A stretch of 64,000 nt of DNA from NCBI GenBank assembly GCA_963849325.1, contig CAWKHF010000005.1:960001-1024000 (forward strand), written 5' to 3'. Positions 51,511-62,052 of the stretch are shown in pieces (within the stretch, counting starts at the first letter, position 1; every line of letters begins with the position of its first letter). This DNA comes from an uncultured Planctomycetota bacterium. Its GTDB lineage: Bacteria; Planctomycetota; Planctomycetia; Gemmatales; Gemmataceae. The notes under the pieces are model-generated. The model was not told the origin of the DNA and made no database searches. It saw only the letters and a list, made by a program, of their open reading frames with translations. The translations under genes were made by a program, and so were the position numbers.

Positions 51511-52230
51511 ATGTCCATCCAGCCAACCCTGCCGCCCCCGCCACCAACCCTGCCACTTCCGCGCCACGCCCTCGGCCTGCCGGCCGGCAGCATCCGCGCC
51601 TTGCTCGCCCTGGCGGTGCTGGGTTTGCTCTGGCTGCTCGCCTTGCGGCCGCTGCCCGGTCACGCCGAAACGCCGGCCGAGATCAAGCTGCCGACCATCT
51701 TCATGGACCTGCAAATCCTGATGGTGCTGATCCTGGCCCACTTCTTCGCGGCCCACGGCCACAGCATTCGGGCCAGCGGCGTCGGACCCTCGCCTTTGCA
51801 CTTGCCGCGCGGCAGTGTGCGTTTCCTTCTGTTGGCCGGCTATCTCGGCCTGGCTGGCTTTCTCTACCACACGCAGCCGAAGTTCGAGTATCCGTCCACC
51901 AGTGCCTTCATCCTGCTGCTCGTGCTGCTCAGCGGCTTTTTCCTCGGCCACGTCCTTACGGGGGCGGTCCTCTGGTTCTCCGGCGGCGTCTTACCGTTCT
52001 GGTTTCAGGACGTGCAGGCGTGGGTGGCCCTGTTGGCGATCCTGTGCATGGGCGTCATTCTGATTATCCAGGTCTTCATCAACACCAGCTTATCGCTGGA
52101 ACAGCAGCTCGATTTGCCGGTGGTGGAAGCGATCCTGGCCGCCCTGGTCGGCTTTTATTTCGGCGCCGTTCGTGACATCCGCCCTTTTGAGTTGACGCCG
52201 CCCCACGTTCCCCCTCATAATGGTCCCTAG
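51511..52230 (+). CDS. Multi-pass membrane protein of unknown function (true stop probably ~52175)
   Basis: Internal duplication LGLPAGSIRALL / LHLPRGSVRFLL; ends VGFYFG. Confidence 0.8.
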   Translation: MSIQPTLPPPPPTLPLPRHALGLPAGSIRALLALAVLGLLWLLALRPLPGHAETPAEIKLPTIFMDLQILMVLILAHFFAAHGHSIRASGVGPSPLHLPRGSVRFLLLAGYLGLAGFLYHTQPKFEYPSTSAFILLLVLLSGFFLGHVLTGAVLWFSGGVLPFWFQDVQAWVALLAILCMGVILIIQVFINTSLSLEQQLDLPVVEAILAALVGFYFGAVRDIRPFELTPPHVPPHNGP

Positions 52231-52235
52231 GTATT

Positions 52236-52456
52236 TCCAAAAACTCTCCTCTCGGCCCGAAGGCCGGGAGTGGATTGGCGACAAGTTTTGGCTTACGAGG
52301 TCCGCAGCGTCGGGACCACGACACGCTCTGCCAGTGGGACCGGAAGTGCCGCGGGCGCCTTCACCGACTCAAGCACGCTATCGGAATGACGTTCCCCGCT
52401 CTGGGGCTGGACGGAAAGGCCCCTCGGGGTGGCGCCTGGTCGAAAGGCTGGGCGAG
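52236..52456 (+). ncRNA. Structured intergenic RNA, candidate 6S RNA
   Basis: Several hairpins with G-U pairs and a GAAA loop; position upstream of rny-ymdB; fold not verified. Confidence 0.4.
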
Positions 52457-52472
52457 GATTGAAACAAACCGC

Positions 52473-52691
52473 ATGACTCTGTTCTGGTTGCTTTGCGTGT
52501 GTCTACTACTGGTTGGACTCGCCGTATGCCCGCCGGTGCGTGCGACCCTGGGGGACTGGTGGCTCCACTGTTTCGGAGTCCGTCAACGGGTGCCGCGCTC
52601 GTCCGGGCGGCCCGTTCCGGTCCCTGCCCGTAGTCCTCCACACGATCGCTTGCCTCCGCCGCGCGTCATCACGCGCGCGGGTCCGAGATAA
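52473..52691 (+). CDS. Possible small single-TM protein
   Basis: MTLFWLLCVCLLLVGLAVC followed by a Pro/Arg-rich tail. Confidence 0.35.
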   Translation: MTLFWLLCVCLLLVGLAVCPPVRATLGDWWLHCFGVRQRVPRSSGRPVPVPARSPPHDRLPPPRVITRAGPR

Positions 52692-52893
52692 GTGCGGATC
52701 GCGCCGCCGGATCGTCGAGGAAAACGTATCCGCCGGCGCGATCGGAAGTGTGACGTGATCGGTTGAGGTTGCCCGTCCGCATGTTCCTTTCTCCCTCTCC
52801 CGCCGCCGCCGCGGGAGGCGAAGGCTTCGCGCACTTCGCCGGTGTGTCGGCCGGATTCGGACGCCGCGGCCCTCTCGGGAAGGAGTGGGCTGA

Positions 52894-54462
52894 ATGGTGG
52901 AGCCGCTGTACGTGGTCCTCTTCAGCTGTCTCGCGGCCCTGGTCGGTTTGTCTCTGGGCTATGCCGGCGTTCGCCTGATCGATCGTTCGCGTTTGAAAGG
53001 CGTCCGCAGCCGAGCCGATGAGATCGCCCGCAGCGCCCGCGAAGAGGCCGACAAGATCAAGAAGGAAGCGGAGCTGAAGGCCAAGGACGACCTGTATCAG
53101 CAGCGCGAGGAGTTCAAGCGCGAGACCGAACAGGTCCGCGGCGAGCTGCGCGAGCAGGAACGCCGCCTGGCCAGCCGCGAGGACGGTCTGGAGGAGAAAA
53201 ACCAAGCGCTGCAAAAACGCGAGCGCAGCCTGGAACATCTCAAAACCAAGCTCAACGAGCGCAAGGCCGAGGTCGAGAAGCGCGGCCAGGAGATGGAGAA
53301 GCTCGTCCAGGAGCAGACGCGCAAGCTGCACGAGATCAGCGGCCTGGGCCGCGAGCAGGCCGAGACGCTGCTGCTGGAGCGCCTGGAACGCGAACTGTCC
53401 GAGCGCATCGCCGAGCGTCTGCAAAAGCACGAGGAAGCGCTGCGCCAGGCCAGCGAGGAGAAGAGCCGTCGCATCCTGGCGACGGCCATCCATCGCTACG
53501 CCGCCGAGCACACCGGCGACACCACCGTCAGCACCGTGGACATCCCCAGCGACGACATGAAGGGCCGCATCATCGGCCGCGAGGGGCGCAACATCCGCAC
53601 CTTCGAGAAGTGCACCGGCGTGGACGTGATCGTGGACGACACGCCCGGCGTGGTCATCGTCAGCGCCTTCGACAACGTCCGCCGCGAGACGGCCCGGCTG
53701 GCCCTGACCAAGCTCATCCAGGACGGCCGCATTCACCCCTCGCGCATCGAGGAGGTGGTCACGGAGACGCAGGCGGAGATGGAGAAGCACATCCTGGAGG
53801 TCGGCAAGCAGGCCGTGCAGGACGCGAACATCGGCCTACTGCACGAGAAGCTGGTGCAGCTGCTGGGCCGGCTGAAGTTCCGCACCAGCTACAGCCAGAA
53901 CGTCTTGCAGCACAGCCTGGAGGTGTGCCACCTGTGCGGCATGATGGCCGACGAGCTGGGCCTGGACGGCCGGCTGGCCCGGCGCTGCGGCCTGCTGCAC
54001 GACATCGGCAAGGCGGCCGACCACGAGATGGAAGGCGGCCATCCCAAGATCGGCGCCGAGCTGGCCAGCCGCTACGGCGAGACGAGCAAGGACGTGCTGC
54101 ACGCCATCGCCGGCCATCACGATGACGTGACGATCGACCACATTTACACGGTGCTGGTGGCCGCCGCCGACGCCATCAGCGCCTCGCGCCCCGGCGCACG
54201 CCGGGAGACGCTGGAGAAGTACGTCAAGCGGCTGGAGGAGCTGGAGGCGGTGGCGTCGGGCTTCCCGGGCGTCGAGCACGCCTACGCCATCCAGGCCGGC
54301 CGCGAGGTGCGCGTCATCGCCAACGCCTCGCAAACGTCCGACAGCGAGGCGATCAAGGTCTGCCACGACATCGCCAAGGCCATCGAGGAGCAGCTGCACT
54401 ATCCCGGCGAGATCAAGGTCACGGTCGTCCGCGAAACCCGCGCCGTCGAGTTTGCCCGGTAA
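52894..54462 (+). CDS. rny: Ribonuclease Y
   Basis: TM helix, coiled coil, KH motif [15 protein letters not shown] motif [19 protein letters not shown]. Confidence 0.97.
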   Translation: MVEPLYVVLFSCLAALVGLSLGYAGVRLIDRSRLKGVRSRADEIARSAREEADKIKKEAELKAKDDLYQQREEFKRETEQVRGELREQERRLASREDGLEEKNQALQKRERSLEHLKTKLNERKAEVEKRGQEMEKLVQEQTRKLHEISGLGREQAETLLLERLERELSERIAERLQKHEEALRQASEEKSRRILATAIHRYAAEHTGDTTVSTVDIPSDDMKGRIIGREGRNIRTFEKCTGVDVIVDDTPGVVIVSAFDNVRRETARLALTKLIQDGRIHPSRIEEVVTETQAEMEKHILEVGKQAVQDANIGLLHEKLVQLLGRLKFRTSYSQNVLQHSLEVCHLCGMMADELGLDGRLARRCGLLHDIGKAADHEMEGGHPKIGAELASRYGETSKDVLHAIAGHHDDVTIDHIYTVLVAAADAISASRPGARRETLEKYVKRLEELEAVASGFPGVEHAYAIQAGREVRVIANASQTSDSEAIKVCHDIAKAIEEQLHYPGEIKVTVVRETRAVEFAR

Positions 54463-54465
54463 AGC

Positions 54466-54633
54466 AGAGATTCACCACGGAAAACACGGAAAACACGGAA
54501 AAAAGACAAATAATAGAGAAAACAAGATACCAAGAATGAGGCCCGAGACACCCAGCAATCCCGCTCCGCCTGGTGGGTTATTCTTGTTTTGTTTTTTTTT
54601 CCGTGTTTTCCGTGTTTTCCGTGGTGAATCTCT
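54466..54633. repeat. 9-mer-armed stem-loop (CACGGAAAA)3 ... (TTTTCCGTG)3 between rny and ymdB
   Basis: AGAGATTCACCACGGAAAACACGGAAAACACGGAAAAAA and its reverse complement. Confidence 0.93.
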
Positions 54634-54650
54634 TCTTAGGGACGGTGTGT

Positions 54651-55451
54651 ATGCGTGTGTTGTTCATCGGTGACATCGTCGGTTCGCCGGGCGTGACGTT
54701 CCTGCGTCAAGCGCTGCCGCCGCTGATCGAGCGCGAGCGGATCGACCTGGTCATCGCCAACGCCGAGAACGCCGCCAACGGCTCGGGCCTGACGCCCACG
54801 CTGTACCGCCGCATCCGCGAGGCCGGCGTCGATCTGGTGACACTGGGCGATCACATCTACAAGAAGGCCGACATCATCCCCACACTGGAGAAAGACGACC
54901 GCATCTGCAAGCCGGCCAACTTCCCACCCGAGGCGCCCGGCCGCGACTTCGCCCTGGCCGCGGCGCGCGACGGCACGCCGGTGGCCGTGCTGTGTCTGCT
55001 GGGCCGCACCTTCATGCGCGCGGTGGACTGCCCCTTCCACGCCGCCGACCGCGTGCTGGCGGCGCTAACTGGGCAGACACGCTGCATCGTCGTCGATGCC
55101 CACGCCGAGGCGACCGCCGACAAGTATCTGCTCGGCCATCACCTCAAGGGCCGCGTCAGCGCCGTGCTCGGCACTCACACGCACGTAGCCACCGCCGACG
55201 AGCAAATCCTGCCGGGCGGCACCGCTTTCATCAGCGACGTCGGCATGACGGGGCCGTATGACAGCATCCTCGGCCGCCGCATCGACCGCGTGCTGCCGAC
55301 GACCATCACGTTCGTGCCCAGCGCCTTCGACGTGGCGACCGGCGATCCGCGCCTGGCCGGCGCCCTCGTGGACATCGACCCGGCGACCGGCCAAAGTCAC
55401 GCCATCCGCCGCGTCATGCTGAGAGAGACGGACCTAAACCCTAAGCTCTGA
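54651..55451 (+). CDS. ymdB: YmdB/TIGR00282-family metallophosphoesterase
   Basis: FIGDIVG, NAENAA, DAHAEAT, GTHTHV, DVGMTG; follows rny. Confidence 0.92.
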   Translation: MRVLFIGDIVGSPGVTFLRQALPPLIERERIDLVIANAENAANGSGLTPTLYRRIREAGVDLVTLGDHIYKKADIIPTLEKDDRICKPANFPPEAPGRDFALAAARDGTPVAVLCLLGRTFMRAVDCPFHAADRVLAALTGQTRCIVVDAHAEATADKYLLGHHLKGRVSAVLGTHTHVATADEQILPGGTAFISDVGMTGPYDSILGRRIDRVLPTTITFVPSAFDVATGDPRLAGALVDIDPATGQSHAIRRVMLRETDLNPKL

Positions 55452-55459
55452 CTCGAAAT

Positions 55460-56311
55460 ATGGTTGAGAACGCACCGATCCTGTCCTGCCAGCACGCCGG
55501 TCTGACCATCGAGGGCTACTCGCGGGCGGCCGTGCAGTCGTACTGGCGCATCCCCGAGCTGAAGATCGGCTTCGACCTCGGCGCGCAGCCGTGGGACTTC
55601 ATGGGCACGCCGACCTGGCTGGTGACGCACACGCACCTGGACCACGTCGCCGCCCTGCCGGTCTACGTGGCTCGGCGGCGCATGATGCGCATGGAACCGC
55701 CGACGCTGTACGTGCCGGCGCCGGCCGTCGAAGACCTGCGCCGTCTGCTGCTGGTCTTCCAGCGCCTCGACCGCGGCCGCATGATCTGCGACCTGCGCGG
55801 CGTCAACGCCGGCGACGAGATCGAACTGTCGCGCGATCACGTCGTCACCGCCTTCGCCACCACGCACACCATCCCGTCGCTGGGCTACGTCGTCTGGGAG
55901 CGCCGCTTCAAGCTCAAGGAGGAGTATCACGGTCTGCCCGGCGAGAAGATCCGCGACCTGCGCCTGTCCGGCGTGGCGGTGACGCGCGAGGTGCGCACGC
56001 CGTTGGTGGCCTACACCGGCGACACCAGCCCCGGCGGCATGGACGCCTATCCGCCCGTTTTCGAGGCCAAGATCCTTATCACGGAGCTGAGTTTCATCCG
56101 GCCCAACCACCGCCGCGAGAAGATCCACAAGTTCGGCCACATGCACCTGGACGACTACATCGAGCGGGCCGACCGCTTCCAGAACGAACTGATCATCTGT
56201 GCGCACCTGAGCACGCGCTACCATCCGCAGGAAGTCAAGCGCATCGTCGAGTCGAAACTGCCGCCGCAGCTGCGCCACGCGCGTCCGCCTCTGGCTGTAA
56301 AAAAGTTCTGA
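55460..56311 (+). CDS. Metallo-beta-lactamase-fold hydrolase, RNase Z-like
   Basis: [32 protein letters not shown]. Confidence 0.85.
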   Translation: MVENAPILSCQHAGLTIEGYSRAAVQSYWRIPELKIGFDLGAQPWDFMGTPTWLVTHTHLDHVAALPVYVARRRMMRMEPPTLYVPAPAVEDLRRLLLVFQRLDRGRMICDLRGVNAGDEIELSRDHVVTAFATTHTIPSLGYVVWERRFKLKEEYHGLPGEKIRDLRLSGVAVTREVRTPLVAYTGDTSPGGMDAYPPVFEAKILITELSFIRPNHRREKIHKFGHMHLDDYIERADRFQNELIICAHLSTRYHPQEVKRIVESKLPPQLRHARPPLAVKKF

Positions 56312-56400
56312 GTTCTTCAGTTAGCCGCGACGCGCAGCGGAGCGCGGGAGTCTTCCGCGCTCCGCTGCGCGTCGCGGCTAACCGAAGAACTCCGAACTTT
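56302..56400. repeat. Family A palindrome with ~19-bp extended outer arms
   Basis: AAAGTTCTGAGTTCTTCAGTTAGCC... pairs with ...GGCTAACCGAAGAACTCCGAACTTT. Confidence 0.92.
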
Positions 56401-56489
56401 GCCGTGCGCGGGAGGCAAGTGTGTGCTAGGGTTTCTTGGTACAAACTTTGGTGGCCGATTGTTCGAGTGTTCATGTGGGATTGGCGATC

Positions 56490-56996
56490 ATGAACTCCTC
56501 CCTCTCGATAGTGAACTTTTTCACGAACCAACCGTGGGTCATCCCGGTCCTCGTCATCGGCCTGCTGGTGGCGAGTTTGGCGTTCCTGGTGGGCCGGCGC
56601 TGGCTGATCGTCCGTCCGCCGGCCGTCGAGGAAGGGCCGCCGCCGGAAGAAGGCATGACGACACTGACCACTGCACAGCCGAAAAAGTCCGAACCCGATC
56701 GGCGGTCCGCGCCGCGCCGCAAGGGCAACCGCGTCGAGGTCTACCTAACCGACGACTCCAAACGGCCGCCCTTGCAAGGCTGGGTCGTCGATCGCTCGAT
56801 GGGCGGTCTCTGCCTGATCGTGGAGAAACCGCTGACCGAAGGCTCCGTCTTCAACGTCCGTCCACGCCAGGCGCCGCAGACGGCGCCGTGGACGGCCATC
56901 GAGGTCCGCTCGTGCCGTCCCGAAGGCGGCGAGTGGGAAGTCGGCTGTCGCTTCGTCAAAACGCCACAGTGGAACGACTTGCTGCTGTTCGGTTGA
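56490..56996 (+). CDS. Membrane-anchored PilZ-domain protein
   Basis: DRRSAPR (RxxxR) and DRSMGG (DxSxxG). Confidence 0.85.
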   Translation: MNSSLSIVNFFTNQPWVIPVLVIGLLVASLAFLVGRRWLIVRPPAVEEGPPPEEGMTTLTTAQPKKSEPDRRSAPRRKGNRVEVYLTDDSKRPPLQGWVVDRSMGGLCLIVEKPLTEGSVFNVRPRQAPQTAPWTAIEVRSCRPEGGEWEVGCRFVKTPQWNDLLLFG

Positions 56997-57146
56997 GCCG
57001 CACTCGGGATCGCTTCTCGTCTTGACCCGCCCTGGACCGCGCACTACTATCCCGCCCTTGCGCGCCGGCGTCCATCCTGGTGAATCGGGGAGGACCAGTC
57101 GGCGCGGCAAATTGGGTCGTTGGTTGCCGTTGGACGAGGGCGCTGG

Positions 57147-58208
57147 ATGCGAGGGCGTCGCTGGCTGCTGATCGGAAGTTTCGGCCTGGCCGCCTGCCTG
57201 CTGTCGGGGTGTCTGCGCACCCTCTCGCCGCCGGAAAGCCCTGTCGCGCGCCGGACGTCCCCGACCCGGCCGGACAACAACGTGCCGGGCCGGAGAGGAA
57301 ACAACTCGATTCGTCGCCATCGGATTACCAAGACTCCCCGCCTCCTCCCGTCATGCCGGACGTGCGAACCACGGCGATGCCGGTCAAGCCGATGGAGTTG
57401 CGCATCAAAGCCGAGGAGCCGCCACCGGCCCAGCCGGCCGACCCACCCGCACCACGGATGGACGTCCATGCCTCGCCGCCGGCGAAGCCCGACGCCGCCT
57501 CCGTGCAGGCGCTCCGCGCTCTGCTCGAACGCCAACCCGAGGAGGAGGTACGCGAGCAGCTGAAGCCTTATGATCCGGCCACGCAGGAAGCGCTGTTCAT
57601 CCTGCTGGGGAACGTGGCCCAGCTGGAACAGGGGGGCGGCGTGGCGCAGCTGCGCCGCGCGACCTGGCCACCTGGACGGATCGTCTGCACGCCCTGACCG
57701 CCGGCCTGCGGGCGCGGCGCAGCTGGTCCTCGACAATATGTGTTTTTGCAGCCACATCGAGAACTTTGGCCAGTTCACGATGCTGCCGCCCAGCCAGTGT
57801 TGCTTCCAGCCCGGCGAGTTGGTGCGCGTTTACGTGCAGGTCCGCAACTTCGCCAGCCGCCGCGACAAGAAGGGCGGATATACGACGGTCCTCAAAGGTC
57901 GGCTGGAAATCTACGACGAGAACAACCGCGACAAGCCGTTCCTGTACTCGGACTCCCCACCGCGCGGCGACTTCAGCTGGACGCCGCGACAGGATTACTT
58001 CGTCAACTTCCGCTTCCGCGTGCCGCTGAATTGTCCGCCCGGTTCGTACACGGTATGGATCGCGGTCGAGGATTGGACCGATGCCGCTCCGGGATCGAAA
58101 GGGGTGGCCCCGTCGCGTGGCGCACGCAGCTCGCTCGACTTCCGCGTCGGCGGACCCGTCTCGCGGCATCCACGCGCCAGCATCGACGATGTCACGCCGG
58201 CGCGCTGA
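57147..58208 (+). CDS. Putative lipoprotein of unknown function; several frameshifts
   Basis: Lipobox LLSGC; Pro-rich linker; C-terminal Ig-like part FQPGELVRVYVQVRNF...PPGSYTVWIAVED. Confidence 0.7.
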
Positions 58209-58229
58209 AAACCCGAATCGTAAGATGTT

Positions 58230-58302
58230 TATCCGAGCCTGAAGCGTTAGCGAAGACAACCTTCGGTTGTCGCTCTCTTCGCTTACGCTTCAGGCTCGGA
58301 TA
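58230..58302. repeat. Family B palindrome with internal GACAACCTTCGGTTGTC hairpin
   Basis: Inverted arms; internal hairpin is the reverse orientation of the one in 44660-44734. Confidence 0.92.
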
Positions 58303-58388
58303 GGTTTTGTCCGTCCGTCCGAACTTGTTTCAGGACGATCTCAACGGGTAGCATGAATCGGTTCGCTCGCCATTGCCAGGGGAGAATT

Positions 58389-58871
58389 ATGAGCCTGTTT
58401 GAGCAGCTCGTGCAGGCCGTCGAGGAGGCGCGGGGGATGGCGACCCGGGCGGCGAACGAAGAGCAAGCCTGGGCTGGCCGCTTCTGCGAACAATTGACCG
58501 CCTACCTCAACGCCCCGCAAGAGGCCGTCCACTACGTCAGCGAGGAAGGCGGCGTCATGGTCCACGTCGGCTTTCCATCCCTGCGCGACGTGGATGGCTG
58601 GCACGCCTTCCAGCTGGAAATCGCCACGGACTCCCAGCAGCACCACCGCTTCCTGCTGAACCTTCTCTTTCAACCGACCGAAGAAGAGCACCGGGTCAAG
58701 CTGGGTTCAGAGGGAGAGGTGTTTCGGATTCCGTTGCAGCGCGAAGACTTCTTCGATCGCGTGTTCGTCAGTCTGCTGGCCGACCTGAAGACGCCGGAGG
58801 GCCAGGACACGGCGCGCAAGGGCGGCGTGCGCAAGATCGGCTCGGTGTCGAATTCGGAGAAGGAATCGTGA
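58389..58871 (+). CDS. Hypothetical protein
   Basis: GGGAG RBS; GTGA overlap with the next gene. Confidence 0.7.
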   Translation: MSLFEQLVQAVEEARGMATRAANEEQAWAGRFCEQLTAYLNAPQEAVHYVSEEGGVMVHVGFPSLRDVDGWHAFQLEIATDSQQHHRFLLNLLFQPTEEEHRVKLGSEGEVFRIPLQREDFFDRVFVSLLADLKTPEGQDTARKGGVRKIGSVSNSEKES

Positions 58872-59793
58872 CGATCCTCAGCGCCGGCCTTACGCCAGCC
58901 TGGCAGCAGGTCTTGCTTTTCGATTCGTTCGCACTCGGCGAGGTCAACCGCGCGCCGCCAGGTTTGCTGGTGCGCCTCCGGCAAGGTGCTGAACGCCGCG
59001 CGCGCTGCTGCACCTGGGAGCGCCCTGCAAGGCGCTGACGGTGGTGGGCGGCACCGCCGGGTCGGCCATCCGGCACGACTGTTCGCGGCTCGGCTTGCCG
59101 GCGCGATGGATCGACAGCGACACGCCGACGCGCATCTGCACGACCGTCCTCGACGCCGCCGGCGGCACCGCCACCGAGTTGGTCCCCAACGCCGCCGAAC
59201 TCGGTGACGCCGAGCGCGAGGCCTTCGTCGCCGCTTACGCCGAGGAGGCGGCGGACGCCGCCGTCGTGGTCCTGATCGGCTCGCTGCCGGTGGGAACGCC
59301 CTCCGCGTTGTACCGCGATCTGCTGGCCCACACTCCCGGCAAGGTCATCCTCGACGCTCGCGGCTCCGAACTGCTCGACGCTCTGCCGGCCCGGCCCTTC
59401 CTCGTCAAGCCGAACCGGGCCGAGCTGGAGAAAACACTTGGTCGGCCGCTGCGGAGCGAGGAGGAGCTGTGCGACGGCATGCGCGAGATCAACGAGCGCG
59501 GCGCCGAGTGGGTGGTCATCACGGACGGCGGCCATCCGCTGTACGCGCGGTCGCACGGCCATCTCTATCGGCTGCGGCCGCCGACGGCCGGCCGGATCGT
59601 CAATCCCATCGGCTGCGGCGACTGCATGGCTGCGGGCATCGCCTGGAGCATCTTCCAGGGGCGCGAGCCGATCGACGCCGTTCGTTTCGGCGTGGCCGCC
59701 GCCGCCAGCAAGGTCACTCAGCCGCTGCCCGGTTTCGTCGCGCGCGAACAGGTGGAAGCGTTGGCCCCAAGCGTGGAGATCGATCGCCTGTAA
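58868..59793 (+). CDS. PfkB-family (1-phosphofructokinase-like) sugar kinase; frameshifts near 58950-59010
   Basis: LSAGLTPAWQQ, SGKVLNAA, LVKPNRAEL, NPIGCGD. Confidence 0.88.
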
Positions 59794-59816
59794 GGCGGAA
59801 AAAGAAGGAGGGCGAA

Positions 59817-60686
59817 ATGACGGATCGATTCACCCGACGTTTCCGGGTGCGCCATTACGAGCTGGACGCGACCGGCCGGGTCGGCGGCGTGGTCCTCGTC
59901 CGCTACATGCAGGAGGCCGCGATCGAGGCTTCCACCGCCCTGGGCTTCAGCCCCGACTGGTATCAGGAGCACGGCACCGCCTGGGTGGTGCGACGGCTCT
60001 CCGTTCGTTACTTCGCCCCGGTCGGCTACGGCGAGGAGGTCGCCGTCGCCACCTGGCTCTCGACGCTGCGCGGCGTCCGCTCCATCCGCGAGTATGACGT
60101 GACGCGCAGCCGCGACGGCGCCCGCGTGGCCCGTGGGCGGGCCGAGTGGGTTTACATCGACGTGCGGACGGCCCAGCCGATCCGCTTCCCGGATGCCTGG
60201 TCGGAAGCCTTTCCTCGACCCGCCACGGCAGAGGATCTCGGTATTCGTCTGGTCGATGCGCGACCGACCGCGAACGCTCACCGCTACACGAGCCGGCGCA
60301 CGGTCCAGTTCCACGATCTGGACGCGGCCCAGCACGTCAACCACGCAATGTATCTGCAATGGGCGGAGCAAGCTCGTCTGGACGCCCTTCGCGCCGCGGG
60401 CCATCCACCGGAGCGTGGCCAGCGCGAGGGATGGAGTGTGCTCCAGGCCGGACGCGAAGTCCAGTATTTCGCGCCGGCGCTGGACAACGACAACATCGAG
60501 ATCGTCAGCTGGCTGCACGAGACAGCGGGAGACGGCTGGGCGTGGACGCAGGAGATCTGCCACGCCGACACGCGCAAGTTGCTGGTACGCGAGTATTCCG
60601 TCGGGACGTTCGTGGACGCGGAAGGCAAATCGATCGCGCCGCCCCAGCAGGCCATCGAAGACGTCCTTCGCGGACCCGCAAAGTAA
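59817..60686 (+). CDS. Acyl-CoA/acyl-ACP thioesterase (double hotdog fold)
   Basis: VRHYELDATG; DLDAAQHVNHAMY. Confidence 0.88.
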   Translation: MTDRFTRRFRVRHYELDATGRVGGVVLVRYMQEAAIEASTALGFSPDWYQEHGTAWVVRRLSVRYFAPVGYGEEVAVATWLSTLRGVRSIREYDVTRSRDGARVARGRAEWVYIDVRTAQPIRFPDAWSEAFPRPATAEDLGIRLVDARPTANAHRYTSRRTVQFHDLDAAQHVNHAMYLQWAEQARLDALRAAGHPPERGQREGWSVLQAGREVQYFAPALDNDNIEIVSWLHETAGDGWAWTQEICHADTRKLLVREYSVGTFVDAEGKSIAPPQQAIEDVLRGPAK

Positions 60687-60688
60687 TG

Positions 60689-62025
60689 TTATTGATGTTT
60701 CGGATCGATGCGGTGGATGACCTTGGAAGCTTCGCCGCGAACCATCGCGTCCTTGTCCTGTGCCAGCTGCTCCAGCAACGGGATCGCTTCCTTGGCCGGA
60801 GGACCGATTTCCCCCAAGGTCCAGAGGAGTCCGACGCGGCCATAAGGGGTCGCCGTCTTGAAGCGCTCCATGACCGGCTTAACGGCAGCGGGGCCGATTT
60901 GAGCAAGCGTCTGGCAGAACCCGAATCGATGCCGGCCGAATTGAGGATCGACCAGCCAGGTGATAAGTTGCGGAATGGCCGCCTTGGCGCCGGAGCCGAT
61001 TTCGCCGAGGGTGGAAAGAGTTCGGGAGCGGACGCGGATTGGCGTGTCTGGATCGCCAAAGAGGGCGAGAAGTGCCGGCACGGCTTCCTTGCCGTCTGGC
61101 CCCATCGCTCCAAGAGCCTGGAGAACGGAGTCCACTATTCGCAAGGGCAAGGACGTATCCGGGACGGGATTGACATCGCGGACGTCCAGGGCTTTCAGGA
61201 GATGGGGGATGGCCGTCTTGGCGTCCGGCCCCATTTCCATGATGGCCCTGGCCACGACATTCCGAATCCCCTCTTCTTTTTTATCTCCCAACATGCGGAT
61301 CAAGAACGGCACAACCTTGTCGGCGTTCGTGCCGATCTTGCCCAAGGAGTTCAGAGAATAGATGCGCAAAGTGCGGTCCTGGGAAGTCCGGATTACCTCC
61401 ATGAGGGCCGGAACGGCATCGCGTGCCCCACGGCCGAAACCGCCCAGGCGCGCGCGGCAGCCTGGGAAAGAGGCATCTCGTTTGGATCCTCGGTGCGATC
61501 GTCTGATTTCAAGGCTTCGATAAGCGCGGGAACGGCGTATCTGGGCTGCTTTCCAATGGCGCCCAATGCGTGTGCCGCTGCTCGGCGAAGAGCCATGTCT
61601 TCATCGTAGATAAGGATCTTGGCCAATGTAGACGAACCGCCGCCCCTTGGACCGATTAGGCCGAGAAGAGTGATACACTGTAACCGTACCCGGCGGTTCT
61701 GTCCTGGCTTCGTAAGGACAGTGGTCACAGAAGAGGCATCAGCGGAAGGAGAGCGATAAGCCGAAGTTAAGGTCGATAAAGCCGAGAGAGCCTCAAAGCG
61801 AATCTCTTCCTCGCGATCCAACAGCCCCTCCCGTATTACCATCATCGCTGGCCGCACGTTCTTGGCTATCGAAGTCATCTTCTTCATGGCAGCCAGGCGC
61901 TCGGCGGGACGAGACTTTAAATACTCTTTCAGGAGCCGTTCGACATCGGTCTCCTCTGCTGAAACGCAGGCCGAAGAGCAGGCAAAGACGAAGGATAATA
62001 CCAGAGATTTGGGAAAAAAAACCAC
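60689..62025 (-). CDS. Secreted HEAT-repeat protein; frameshift near 61400-61450
   Basis: Signal peptide; repeated ALGAIG / AVPALIEAL / AIPHLLKAL / LGEIG units. Confidence 0.82.
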
Positions 62026-62052
62026 GTTATTACCTCCGCTTCGTAGTGGTCG

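Noticed and set aside
18064-54633. Short repeat arrays as CRISPR
   Set aside because: Units are 7-10 nt, directly tandem and inverted, with no repeat-spacer periodicity and no cas genes.
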